Origin: Oikopleura dioica
Lineage: Eukaryota > Animalia > Chordata
Direction: 5' to 3'
Assembly: GCA_907165135.1 (NCBI GenBank)
Contig: OU015566.1
Coordinates: forward strand, 6,014,001 to 6,078,000
DNA length: 64,000 nt
Position numbers and translations under genes: made by a program. Positions 1-11,774 of this stretch are shown in pieces. Position 1 is the stretch's first letter. Each line of letters opens with the position of its first letter. The notes under the pieces are model-generated. The model made no database searches. It saw only the letters and a list, made by a program, of their open reading frames with translations, and was not told the origin of the DNA.

Positions 1-1134
1 CAAGGAAAAATATGCTGACTCGATAGTTTTTGTAAACTTGAAAATAACGGCTTATCAAATTTTTTGGTCAAAAAAAAACGTCCAGAGGCTTTTGATTGGT
101 TAGAAACCTTACTAAAATAAAAAAAGAAGGTTTCTTTCTGAAAAAAGTGAGTCTGAATTTTGATTATGATTGATAAAAATTGTTTTCTATCAAAAATATA
201 TTATTACCTGATGTGCGGATGCGCAAGCCATTGAATACTGCTAAATTTGATCGTCAGTGGCTGTTACTTTTACAATCCAATCTCAATCTCTTGAAAAAAA
301 AATGAAATCGTCAGTTTTGAAAAAAATGATAATCTTGTAATAATTATGAATTGTATTTTGTTTAGATATCGGCGAAGTAGCAATCCGATGCAAGAGTACC
401 CAGCGCGTACGTCTGCCGAGCGCGAGGGCGCTAGCGAGTCGAATCGTGAAAAATAATTTTATTTTATAGCGCGGCGAAAAAAGAGCGCCACCGAGGTGTT
501 AACTCGCGGTTTTTGAACACTTCCGGTTCTTTTTTTTTATAATTTTTTTTTTATAAAAATTTCAAAAAAGTAATTATTAAAAAATTGATTCAAATCATGG
601 CAAAAATTAATACGAAATAACGATTATTTTCAATTAAATTTTTGGTAAAAAGGCTCAAATTTGAGCTAGAAATAATGGAACTAAGAGTTAATATAGTGTA
701 GATGGCAGGATAATTTTATGGTACAATTGTTAAGAAAAAAATAATTGAAAAAATTCAAATTCTCGAGAAAAAGTGAATTTTTATGGTTTCTTTCTGGAAG
801 AAATTATATTTTGAAAATGAGGACTTTTCGCCAGCCAAAATACTCGAAACTCGAAAAACACTTGATTGCATTGAAAAATTAAGGGAGAATTAAAGACTTG
901 TAAGCCGCAGCTGAGTGGCTAAATAAGGAACCGCTGGAGAATGTATTTTCCGCGTGTTTGGCCAAAACAAGGGCCCCTTTGTTATTCAATTTGGGAGTTG
1001 GGGCGCGAGGCGATTTTGAATTTTCTCAACCTTTGGTCCGGAAATGAAACATGGGAAGGTCACCTAAGGGCGCCTTCTTAACAGTTTAAAGACGATTCAA
1101 GACAGTCCAAGTCTGAACAAAGATCAAAAGCAAA

Positions 1135-2043
1135 CTGGGCTAGGGGACCTAATCCTAAACCTGAGTCAGGGTCCAAGAAGAGCTATAATAAAACGCCCCG
1201 TAGCGGCTTAAGGGGGTGGTGGTCGAGAAAATTTTTTTTCGATTTTTTAAAATTCTGATATTATTTTTAGATTCCTTGATAAAAAAGGAGTATTTTTGGT
1301 CTCTAGCTTTTTTGATTAAACCAACTTTATTAAAGAAAATTTACGATTTTATGCTTTGAAATCGCCATTTTCGGAAATTCTAAAACGCGTTTTTCGCACT
1401 TAAACCAATTAAAAATTGATTTTTTACTGCAAGATTATGTTTCTCGATCATATTTTTATTATAAAAATCTAAAAAAATACGATTACTGTTATGTTTTCGA
1501 AAGTTTCATTTAAAAATGAATGAAAATGGCGATTTTTCAGGCTCCCAGCATTTTTGATTCAATTACGAACTTTTTCCTAAAAGCTTACACTTGAAAATCT
1601 CCACGCGCCCACATCCGTAAGGGTCTATTCTATCATCATATGAGGTTTGATCTTTGAAAAAAAAGTTATTTTGCCCGGAATCTTGGATTGAAGTAGGGTC
1701 CACTTTCATAAATTTTTTCTCAGTTTTTTCAAAAAAAAAAAAAATTTTTTCTCCACGCGCCCACATTCTTTCAACGTTTATCTTTAACCCTAGAAAATAT
1801 AGATTTTCTTGTCCCTTTCGGTTTTTTCTCAATCATGGTTTGAAAAATCTTAATTCTCGACCACCACCCCCTTAATTTGAATCTAGCCACAACGCGGCTT
1901 CACCAGAATAAAAGTCTGAATTTACTTTTAATTCTTGATAAAGCCGCTTTGCGGCTAGGTTTACAAAAAAGCCGCTACGCGGCTTTCAATCAAAGCTCGT
2001 TTAAGACCCTGACTCAGGGTCCAACACAAGTCACCGAGCTCAG
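1135..2043. mobile_element. MITE of the CTGGGC...CCTGAGTCAGG family, interrupted by a TTAA-flanked element
   Basis: Left arm ctgggctaggggacctaatcctaaacctgagtcagggtcc (1135-1174) is the approximate reverse complement of right arm gaccctgactcagggtccaacacaagtcaccgagctcag (~2005-2043); internal AAGCCGC-n-GCGGCTT palindromes. Confidence 0.8.
1212..1871. mobile_element. 660-bp non-autonomous TTAA-target DNA transposon (Kolobok-like)
   Basis: TTAA at 1208-1211 and 1872-1875; TIR gggggtggtggtcgagaa / ttctcgaccaccaccccc; interior homologous (inverted) to 56186-56845. Confidence 0.85.
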
Positions 2044-4160
2044 AAAGCAGAGTCAAATTTTATTTTAGATAAGAACGAACGAAACTGTAATTTTGATAAG
2101 AAGCGAAAAGAAAAAGTTCAGAGGCTGTCGCGCTTATTTAGGAAGTATTTTGTGTTCGAGAGGACCATTAGAGAATCTTATCTAATTTCCATAAATGGCG
2201 CAAAGTGGCTAAATCAAACATAATTATTTGTGTGTATCAGATAGTATCCTACAACAGTGTTTCCTGATAAGCGCTATTCTTGTCTCCCGCCGTGTTGAGA
2301 CGCAAAATAATAATTTTAATCACCGCATAATTTACTTGAAAAAGTATCACTTGACAAATGAGATTTTTTCTTTTCCGTTGTAAGTATCCTTAATTAAAGT
2401 CTTTTCGACTAATTGGCTTGTTTATCAAAAAAGAGCTAGACAATTTATTGAGCAATGAGATCATCAGTTCGACAATAAAATCCGATTATTTTTACAAAAT
2501 TTTGGAAAATTTGTTGACCAATCAGATCATCGTATGAAGATACATTAAAATCACTTCTTCGGACTAAAATCCTGACCCCAATGTTTTTCGTTCTTGTCTT
2601 GTAGCGCAGGTTCTGGGGAGTCGAATGGTATAATTTTTATGGGTCGGTTTTACTTTATTATATCGGTTTCTAGAGCTAAAAGTACGTGAAAATAACAAGT
2701 ACTGAAGCCTCAGAACTCTGAAACTTTCTTTATAAAGTATAGTGATTTTCGGCTCTTTCGAAAGCGCAGCTCAAACTATGGTTGGGCAGACTGGTAGGCC
2801 AATCAGATTTCGGAAAACGAATTTTTCATTGAGCATCTTCCCGGATTTCGACCCCAATTTCGATGATTTACCGACAATTTTGGACCAGTCATCATATGTC
2901 TAGTCGACTATTTTGGAAAAGAACATTGATCAAAACCTTACCAAGGGAAATATTTTTCAATCGGCGCAAAAGAGTTAAAACAAACACATTTATCCATCAA
3001 TCTAATTACTCTTTGTCCACACAACTGGTCTTGATGGCCGATTTCCAAGATTGAAATCACACTCTTGGAATAGTGCGGTTTTGGGCAACAGATTAGGACA
3101 CCGTCCGAATGTATGTAAAGTAAATATAAAATATACTCTCGAATGGGCGCCACGACGCGCTCTATTTATTTCCAGTCGACGCTTCCATCGTATAAATTCG
3201 GAACGGCGCGATTATTTATAAAGTCACACTTTTCTCTGACCTTCTCGGATTAGCCAGATTTTCTCGGCGGTTTTTAAAAGGGATGATGACTAAAATTTAT
3301 TTCCCGGAAAATTAACTCCTCGACGAAATTTTGATTCCGGCAAAAATTGAATAATTTACGCGCTTTGGTTAAGGGAGTTTCCGTCACAAATTGTCATTTT
3401 CCTCGCTTTGATTCTCGAATATTTAGTATACTGACACCCTTATTTTCTTTTTTCTATGGTTAGTTGAGACCCTTAGGGTTAATTTTTTAGTGTCAAAATT
3501 TTTGATTTCGAAAATTTTTTTCACAAAAATTTCCATCAAAGACAGCTGATTTCATCAAAATGGGCAAAAATTTTTGACAACACTCGCTGGTAAAAGATTT
3601 GCAAATGCACAATTGTAGCTTTCGAAATTACGAGAAGTCGACTTTTATCGCGAATAAGTTCCGCATTCGCCAAATTTTGTTGGCTTCACAAATCCTTATC
3701 GGTGGAGCAAGCAGACGCAGGGCAATACATCGGGAGGGCCGATAAGTGGCCGAGGTGTGATATCCGAGAGGCTAATACGAGCGATTACCGACCCCGTATC
3801 CTGCTGAAAACACTTGAATGTACTTATAAATGCACCTTATCGAGCTATTTAGAACTTTTTCTGCCGTGGAAAATAGACAGCAGTGACCTTCGAAGAAACG
3901 GAGTGGAGACATCTGTGTATTTATACATCATCAAAAACATGCCGGATACGCTTCTTTTCTTCTCCCCAGCCAAAACTTTAAAGAAGTGAAAACGAGACAA
4001 ATTCAATTAAAAATGACAATTTCCGAATAAACTCGATAAGTATTTACCCGAGACAGACTTGTGTTACAAAAGAAGAATCTTGTTTACTGAAGTTATTAAA
4101 GCCTTCTGAAAAGGGCGGTTCCATCAATTGGTTGTAGAAAGAGAACCCGAGAATCCTGAC

Positions 4161-5775
4161 ATGATCCTTCTTTGTCTTCTTTTCTATCGCTACGTTCTTG
4201 CAGAGGGTGATGCGAAGGGTAGTATTTGCTCGGTAGGATTCAAATGCGAAGACTTCTGTGAACGACCAGCGCTTTCGAGAAAATCGGATAAATGCAGAGA
4301 TGAAGGTTGGTTAAAATTAAAACTATGGAAACTCGAATTCAATGGATAAGGCGTCGAGAAATTCAAAGTTTGCAACGCTGAGTGTAGCAGCTTTGCTTGC
4401 ACTCTCGGATGCAGACAAAAATTGACGGAGAAAATCGCACTGTGCCCGTGCGCTTATCAAGCTTATGAAACGTTGATGAATTCAACTGTTGCTTTGGAAA
4501 GAGGATGGAGCGATGCAACAACGCCTTATCAAACTGTTATTGATCATTTGAAAGACATTCGTTTGTCAAATATTGATATTATGATTGAGAAAGACAAAAA
4601 TACTTTCTTGGAAGGGGAGCTTATTAAGATAATAAGCAACGTAACGGTATTTCTTGAAAATAGTATATTTTTCGAACCCTGAATTTAGTCCCAGAATCTT
4701 GTTATAGAAAAAATGCAATCTGAAATGGAACAGACAAAAAAACTTTTAGAAAATCAACTGTCGTATATAGCGGCAAATACATCTGTTTGTAGACAATCAT
4801 CGAATCTGATTTTTAATTTTTTTAGGTCCATTCAGATGCCTTTGAGAGTTTGAAACTAGATGTTGAGCAGACGAAAAAGATGCTTGAAAATGAAGTTGCA
4901 AACATCGCTGCAAATACCTCTGTCTGTAAGAAATATAACTTCTCATCATAATTTATAAATTAAGGCCCACTCTGAAGCTTTTCAATTTATTAAAAAAGAT
5001 ATCAATGAAACGAAGGAAACATTTAAAAATCTTGAAACTCATTCTGAGCTTCTAATGAACCAATTGGACATTCTTCAAACAGAAGTATTCGCCAAAGACG
5101 ATTATATTCGATACCTTGAAGTCAACTTCATTCAAACAATTCAAAATTTCACGATGATGGTATTTATGTCTATTTGTAAAAATCAATTTTTCTTATTAAA
5201 AACAAGGTCGAAGAACAAAAAAACACTGAGCAAATTTTGGATGCATTCTATGAAATCGTAGACTCAAAAGAGACTGGAATTGGCTTCTACACCGGAGATG
5301 ACAAAGGATCTGTTAGAAGCGCGTCTTCCGATGATTACATAAAAAAAGTTTTTGATTATGTGGATTTGGGTTTAAAGAAAATCAATTTGAAGGTATCATA
5401 TTTGTTAAAGCCTTTGAAAATAAATAATAATCTCACAGTTTTTTTACAACACTGATCGAGAAATTCATCATAAAGACTGGACGATTCGGTACACTCATTC
5501 TGGTTCAACTCGAACCTTATTTTTGAAAAAATCAGGTAAAGTCATGGTAAAAAAAAAACTGACCGAGAGTGAAAATTATTTAAGATTTTAATTTTGATTC
5601 TTTTATAGGAGGAACACCAAATTTCAAAGCTCGATGTGAAAATCTAAATGAAGGCGATGGGGAGATTAACTGGACAGATACAGCACAAAGAAGTTCTGTT
5701 GACGGAGAGTTTAGAAAACTTTACTTAGAAAATGATAGTGGAAATTTCATCCGTTTTAATATCGAGTTTTTATGA
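4161..5775 (+). CDS. Multi-exon secreted protein of unknown function (signal peptide, Cys-rich region, coiled-coil repeats, globular C-terminus)
   Basis: MILLCLLFYRYVLA leader; C-rich exons (CNAECSSFACTLGC...CPC); repeated helical exons (VHSDAFESLKLDVEQTKKMLENE, AHSEAFQFIKKDINETKE); short GT-AG introns; TGA at 5773-5775. Confidence 0.65.
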
Positions 5776-6580
5776 TTTGAATAAATAATCTTTCAAACCA
5801 ATGTCTCAATTGGAAAGTAGTCGTAGTATTAAATGAAATCATAAAAACCGGAAAGATGTTGATGAGTGTGGTCGCAGGTGCGTTTGGGATTAGCACTTGG
5901 TGGCTTGATCAAAGTGTTGAGGTGTGTCCGTTTTGGTCGGCTCCCGAGCTCTGAGAAAAAATTTGTGAAAAAAACGTAGACAAATGTGTGATTTGGCCAC
6001 GTGTTTGGGCGGTTTCCCCAAACCAACTTTCACTCCCGGGTACTGCTTCTAAAATGCTCGTAAACGAAGTTTTACGAAAAAGGCGAAGAAAGATTGCGCC
6101 GCTTCATGAATATCGGAAAAGATCAAACACGGATACGAATATGGCGGAAAGGATCGAAATTCTAGCACCGCTGAGAGGTGGATACCCGGATCAAAATTGA
6201 TAATATACTCCACACTTCTATTGCATAAATAAAACTCGCCCTTCTGATTGATGCCAAAAAGCAGAGAAATTCAAAAAGAAAAATTGTTTTAAAAAAGATC
6301 TAAAAAAATACAATTATCGAGTTTTATCGCCGCTCGCACGCAAAAAGAATGGCGGCGCATACAATACCAAAATAAGCAAGATGAAAGGAAATTCTTGAAA
6401 TGGCCCATTTTGGCGTCAACTGTGGTCGCGAATGCTTTTTTTGCGGCGGCGGCGTAATTCCAATTACTCTGTTGAGCCCAGCTAGGAATGACAAAAAGCC
6501 AGAAACTGCGGTGACAGATACTTTTTTTCTTCTTGCCTAGAAGTTAAACTGTAGTAGCCGGCTTCGAGTTATAGCAGCAT

Positions 6581-6834
6581 TTAACGCCGGAACGCATGAA
6601 ATAGATTTTTCCCGGAACGCATATCGACCCATTTTTGGGTGAGAGCCCGTAGACCCGTTTTCTTGCTTACATCAACCCATATTTTATTATAAATATGATC
6701 TTCAGAGGCCGAACTACAATATTAGATACATGAAATATCTCTCATGTGTTGTTTTAACACTAGAAAATGCTGACGTTTGAAGCCATATTTCAGCGCCTTA
6801 CCCAGAAATGGGTCGATATGCGTTCCGGCGTCAA
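6581..6834. mobile_element. MITE with ~40-bp TIRs
   Basis: acgccggaacgcat...atcgacccatttttgggt (6584-6640, with small internal duplication) versus acccagaaatgggtcgatatgcgttccggcgt (6800-6831). Confidence 0.7.
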
Positions 6835-6881
6835 GTAAAAAATATAATAAGTTATTCTGGAAAGGTTCATTAATGAGAGCA

Positions 6882-6912
6882 AGGGTTAGGTTTTGGATTA
6901 GGGTTAGGGTTA
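6882..6912. repeat. Short interstitial telomere-like (TTAGGG)n tract
   Basis: agggttaggttttggattagggttagggtta. Confidence 0.7.
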
Positions 6913-7710
6913 ATCTAACCATTTGGAAGTATAGTTCATTATACAGACCAAATGCTATTAGTAGAAGTTGACCATTACTATACTCTTTTTTTATTGACCG
7001 AACTACCGAAGTTATATCCAAAGGATCAGTATTTTCAGTTTTTGATCCCCAAAAATACAAAAAAGTTATGTAAATTAGAGAAACATCTCATATTTTCTTG
7101 CCATAAATCTAATTATCAAGGAAAAAATAGACGGACAGTAATCTTTAAGAAGGCTTTCTTTGGCCTATTTTGTCTGTTTTTGCGAAAAATTGACAATTTT
7201 GTCATGATGGGTTAAAATTTTCCTGCAAGAAATTCGCTCTCTTGGTAGAGATCAAACGAAGCGCGAAACGAAATTATCCGAAGCTCTATTTTTAATTAAT
7301 TTATTCCGCGTTTTTACTTGTTTTAATAGTTCTTGTCCGTCCGGCGGTATTTTTTATATTCACAATAGATAGCCATATATACAATACACAGGAAGGGGCT
7401 TGAGTCCAAATAAGTATAGAAAGCGATATTCCATTTTTCGCGCGCTTTGATCATGTCCCTGCGCGTTGTGGAAATACTTGGAGAGGAAACAACTTCTCTA
7501 TTTTGCATTACACGAATGTACATTTTGCCCCCTCTTGCCAAAACAGCCGCAATCAAATTAAGACGCTCCTTGACAAGCACCGACAATAGCCGAAACATTA
7601 TTTTTATTTTCTCAAATCAGTCGCATGGAAATTTTTGTTCGAACATGCAAGTCACGTGACCGGGGCGATCTTTTGTTTGTTTTCTCCGAAGAAGGAATCT
7701 CTTAGAAAAG

Positions 7711-7837
7711 CGCTACGGCAACCTGTGTTTCAAGCCTGAGTCAGGTTTTGAAAGATCTTTTAGAGAAATTATTAGAGGATTGTCATTTGAGATCCTTCAA
7801 AACCTGACTCAGGTTTTAACACAGGTTGCCAGGCGCT
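7711..7837. mobile_element. CCTGAGTCAGG-family MITE
   Basis: ggcaacctgtgtttcaagcctgagtcaggttttgaaagatc ... gatccttcaaaacctgactcaggttttaacacaggttgcc, near-perfect fold-back. Confidence 0.85.
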
Positions 7838-8267
7838 GAGGAGAGTTTTATCTAAGACCCGGTCGAATGACTTCATGGCGAAACCGCGCTTTGTTTGAGA
7901 TAGAGAGCTAAAACTCCAGCCCAAAATAATATTTTACAGTTTTGTCGATTAGCATTATGTAATCCTGGAGCGGCGGAGCAAAAATGGGAATTTATTGTGG
8001 CGCGGCGTGTTTGACACCTCTGCGCGCGACCTCAGCGACAACCATAAGCCGAGCTCGTCTTCTGCAAATTCGTAGTCGAAATTGTATAGCCAAGATCCAG
8101 AATTTATAGATATTATCCAACCGCAAATTTACTGTTTTATGACTTCTTCTCGCCACTTTCTTCGCCGCCGTGTTAGAACGCTCCAACGACCTTATTCAAC
8201 AAAAAGTCATCAACAAGGTCGAGAATCGAGCATTGTTTCAATCATGATTCGAATTTTTCACAAGCTA

Positions 8268-8378
8268 TGAGCGATATTTGAGCGCTTAGCGAGCGGAGTA
8301 TTTGTTATTTTATTCAAAAATAATGTTTTTTAACAAAATATTCAAGACTCCGCTCGCTCACCGCTCAAATATCGCTCA
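8268..8378. mobile_element. 111-bp MITE with ~32-bp TIRs
   Basis: tgagcgatatttgagcgcttagcgagcggagt / actccgctcgctcaccgctcaaatatcgctca around an AT-rich core. Confidence 0.8.
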
Positions 8379-8781
8379 ACTCAGGCAAAATTCAAACCAA
8401 GGTTGAAAGAGTCTTATATAGAAAAACTTTTTCTTTTGAATAAGAGTAGTTTTAGAAGTTGTGTCCCAGAGAAGAAGAAGAGAGTTGTCTGCTTTTGGTA
8501 TTTTCGGCACGTCGGCTTTGGTTTGGTGTTTGCGTCGCCGCCTGTCAGGAATATACGGCAGCGATGATTGCTTTTTGTGATTCGCGAAATTCCGAATTGC
8601 ACATAAAAATGAAAAGCCAAGAAATGGATTCGCCGAGGAAGATAGATTCAGGTTTATACAAAACAAAGACAGCACAGAAGATTTCGCCGCCACCAACTCA
8701 AATCGAACGCCGACAAGTACCGTTTTTGGGCGTTTTCTTGAGCTTGATTTTTCACTTTTAATGTTCGTTTTTGAGAAAAAT

Positions 8782-9072
8782 CTGTGCTCGGCAACCTTTG
8801 TAGAAAACCTGAGTCATGTTTTGAAGATTTGAATTCAAAAGCCGCGCAGCGGCTTTTTTTAGGGCGAAGCCGCTAACCCTTACCCAACCTAACCCTAACT
8901 CTAACCCTAACCCTAACCCTAACCGCAAATTTAAATTTGGTATAAAATAATGGCGATTCGCCATTGGCGAAGCCGCTTCGCGGCTTCGTTTTAAGAAAAA
9001 ACCGCTTCGCGGCTTTTCATTTTAAATTGTCAGAACCTGACTCAGGTCTCTAACACAGGTTGCAAAGCCCAG
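8782..9072. mobile_element. CCTGAGTCAGG-family MITE carrying an internal (CCCTAA)n tract
   Basis: TIRs ctgtgctcggcaacctttgtagaaaacctgagtca / ctgactcaggtctctaacacaggttgcaaagcccag; GCCGC/GCGGC palindromes; telomere-like tract 8876-8923. Confidence 0.85.
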
Positions 9073-9224
9073 AAATAAAGGAGACATGTATAATTGAGCT
9101 AACAAGCGAGCAAAACCATTCGGCATTTTTGGCGGTTAACCTTCTGGATATTGTTCTATTATGAGTTCGTATAAAATATTTGACGGCAGGCGTCACCACG
9201 GGGACGTATTGACCAATAACTCAG

Positions 9225-9650
9225 GCACATACTCTGGTCGCATTCCGGCGACAGAATGGGGCGATCGAGACCCATTGTATCGAAAAATTCTGCGGTCGGG
9301 CAGATTTTAAGCCAGACCGGTTGCGAACTGCCAAATGCGAGTATTGCTTGCGAAGAAAAAGGCTGAATGAAATGCTTCTTGGAAAGAAAAGACTGTCAGT
9401 CAGTATCACTATTGATGAAATAAACAAAGTGTCGGCGGAGCAAAACGCGCGCAAGTATAATATGGGTAGCCGTATCCGGGTACTAAATTCCCACCTGTGG
9501 ACAAAGTGGACCCGGCCATGTAAGCCAATTCACCACTTGATCAAAACTCTGGATTATGTATTTATTCGCCCACCGAAAATAGAATTCCAACAATATCGAA
9601 AAAGCCCGCTGATCACTTCCGCGCAAATAATAATCTCGCCAAAGATGTGA
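9225..9650 (+). CDS. Possible terminal exon of an uncharacterised gene
   Basis: Open frame from a cag acceptor at 9224 to TGA 9650 (AHTLVAFRRQNGAIETHCIEKFCGRADFKPDRLRTAKCEYC...); no recognisable motif. Confidence 0.25.
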   Translation, partial: AHTLVAFRRQNGAIETHCIEKFCGRADFKPDRLRTAKCEYCLRRKRLNEMLLGKKRLSVSITIDEINKVSAEQNARKYNMGSRIRVLNSHLWTKWTRPCKPIHHLIKTLDYVFIRPPKIEFQQYRKSPLITSAQIIISPKM

Positions 9651-10019
9651 AATTACAGTCACTGAAAAGTGCTAATCCAGATCTTAACTTGACGGTTGAA
9701 GATTTTGAACTGAAAAGATCTTCTGAAAAAATAGCTCAGATGATGATTTTTCGACAGCTGCTTGTCTATTTCCTCCTTTGAAACAATCCCTTCATTTTTG
9801 ATTTTTATAAAAAATCTAAAAAATGAAATCGAGAGAATTTGAAGATGAATATAACAAAATTGAGTGGAGAGATGAAAATGGAAATTTTAACCGGCATTCA
9901 GGAAAGTGATCGTATTCTTATCCTTTTTTCTTTCGATTATATAATTCATATTTATTTAAAATTGAATGACGCCGAAATTAATAGAAAAATTTTTATCTGG
10001 GGATAAATAACATTTTCTT

Positions 10020-11050
10020 ATGAACAATCATAATCGAGGCGAGCCAAATATTGCCGAACTTCCGAATTTTTTCACAGATGACTTCAAGTGCTTATTTATT
10101 TTCGCTCGATTTTTCCAGCGCTGGATAAAACCCGTCGCTGCAGAATTCATCGCCACATTTATGCTGGTCTTTTGGGCCTGCATGCTTCAAGCGACTTCTT
10201 CAACAATCAGTTCCGATCCGACCTGGCCGCTGATTCCTGCTCTCGCCGCTGGAATCAATCTGACAATCATCATCACAATGTTCTGGGACATTTGCATAAT
10301 TCAATTTAACCCGTGCATGACTGTTGCATTTTGCCTCTCTGGCTCGATTCCCTGGCGACTTTGCCTGCCGAATATCATCTTCCAATGTCTAGGTCTGGGC
10401 TCAGCAAAACTGTGTTAAAAACCTGAGTAAAGGTCTAAAAGGAGCGTTAGACCCTGACTCAGGTTTCTACACAGGTTTCCGAGCCCATCTTCAGGTGCAT
10501 ATCTAGCAGCACTGTCAGCGTCAATTCTCCGCGGAAGCCCAGTGGGGATAATTCCGATCACCGAAGAGTCCGATCTGCATGCAATTTTCTGGGCAGAGTT
10601 TTTGTTCTCCTTCATGATGGCATTCGTAGCACTGATGGCGGTGATGGACCCGAGCTATTTTCATTCGTTGACGCCGCTGGTGATTGGATTGACTGTGACA
10701 CAAGGAGTTTTCGGAGGATGGTTTATTGGTGCCGGCTGTATGAATCCTGCTAGGTGAGATTCTCGAAATCCAACCCGAAAAAGTATACTTTCAGAATTTT
10801 CGGACCAGCGCTTGTGACGTTAGATTTCAACTACCACTGGATTTGGTGGCTTTCGGAGATTCTCGGAGCTTCTTTTGCAGTTCTTGTTGAAATGATTTTC
10901 TTTGCACCGATAAAAATCAACGAAGAGAACGAAAAATCGAACCTGATTTGGTGGAGAGCTTTTATGGCGATTATGAAGAAAAAATACGACTCTTGTGAAG
11001 ATAATGTTGAACTTGCGCTGAGAAATGATGCTTTTGCAATTGAAAAATAA
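10020..11050 (+). CDS. Aquaporin, AQP8-like, 3 exons (10020-10392, 10495-10754, 10797-11050 approx.)
   Basis: AEFIATFMLVFWAC helix 1, loop B FNPC, AEFLFSF helix 4, loop E GCMNPAR, then FGPAL...HWIWW; GT-AG introns. Confidence 0.92.
10393..10494 (+). mobile_element. CCTGAGTCAGG-family MITE forming essentially all of aquaporin intron 1
   Basis: ctgggctcagcaaaactgtgttaaaaacctgagtaaaggtctaa is the near reverse complement of ttagaccctgactcaggtttctacacaggtttccgagcccat; removing 10393-10494 (GT...AG) restores FQCLG/AYLAALSAS. Confidence 0.85.
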
Positions 11051-11195
11051 ATTTTCGATAAATCAAAACTTATTCTGAATTTTTAAAATTTCTGACCGGA
11101 GAAGGAACATTCGCCAAAACGCACTTCATCAAATTGAAATGGCATTGAATGATCTGGATTTGCCCATAATTATGCCGTGACATTTTAAGTAGAAA

Positions 11196-11594
11196 ATGCA
11201 TACTTTGGCCGCGTTTTCTTGTCTCATTTTCATTTCTGAGAGAATGATGCTTTGGTGGTTCTTTCCACTTGTTTTTTGTGATCCTTCAACGACCGATTTT
11301 CCGTCAACAACCGATTTTTCTTCAACGACTGGCTGGGAGCCGGGTCCTTTTCATGGGATTTTCACAGTTTGGACAGCGCCTGACGGAATGATCATTTCAA
11401 TAAATCCATGGGATAGTGAAACTTGTCGAATAAGAGCTTATTACTGGGTTGGAGGAGACATAAAAATAATCGAAGAAATTCCATCGACTCAAGCTCCTCT
11501 TGTCCTCAACAACAATGGAAGTATCACGATTGCGCTGGAATATACATCGGAAGACACAATTCACTCTTTTGAGGTGAAAGCATGTTTTTTGTAA
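11196..11594 (+). CDS. Small secreted protein or exon with S/T-rich N-terminus, possibly a degenerate CUB-like fold
   Basis: 132-aa ORF; MMLWWFFPLVFC hydrophobic leader, STTDF repeats. Confidence 0.35.
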   Translation: MHTLAAFSCLIFISERMMLWWFFPLVFCDPSTTDFPSTTDFSSTTGWEPGPFHGIFTVWTAPDGMIISINPWDSETCRIRAYYWVGGDIKIIEEIPSTQAPLVLNNNGSITIALEYTSEDTIHSFEVKACFL

Positions 11595-11774
11595 AGATAG
11601 TATGTAGTACTGTATCTACAGTATGTATCAGTGATTTGATGATACCGTATCACGGATGCAGATTTGTGGAGCTATAATTGCCCAGTGCAATTTCGAGAAG
11701 AGCAACTAAGATAAATATGAAAGTATGCAATTTGGTGATTGTCTTTTGCGCTGCGTTTGAGTCCTTCTGAATCG

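Noticed and set aside
1563-2068. Short ORFs within MITE/Kolobok elements (also 26189-26563, 8758-8964, 13304-13492)
   Set aside because: AT-rich, F/K-biased translations of non-coding transposon interiors.
6722-7060. Ankyrin-like peptide LLDAGTHIDPFLG
   Set aside because: This DNA is one arm of a MITE TIR; the same sequence occurs inverted at 6611-6640.
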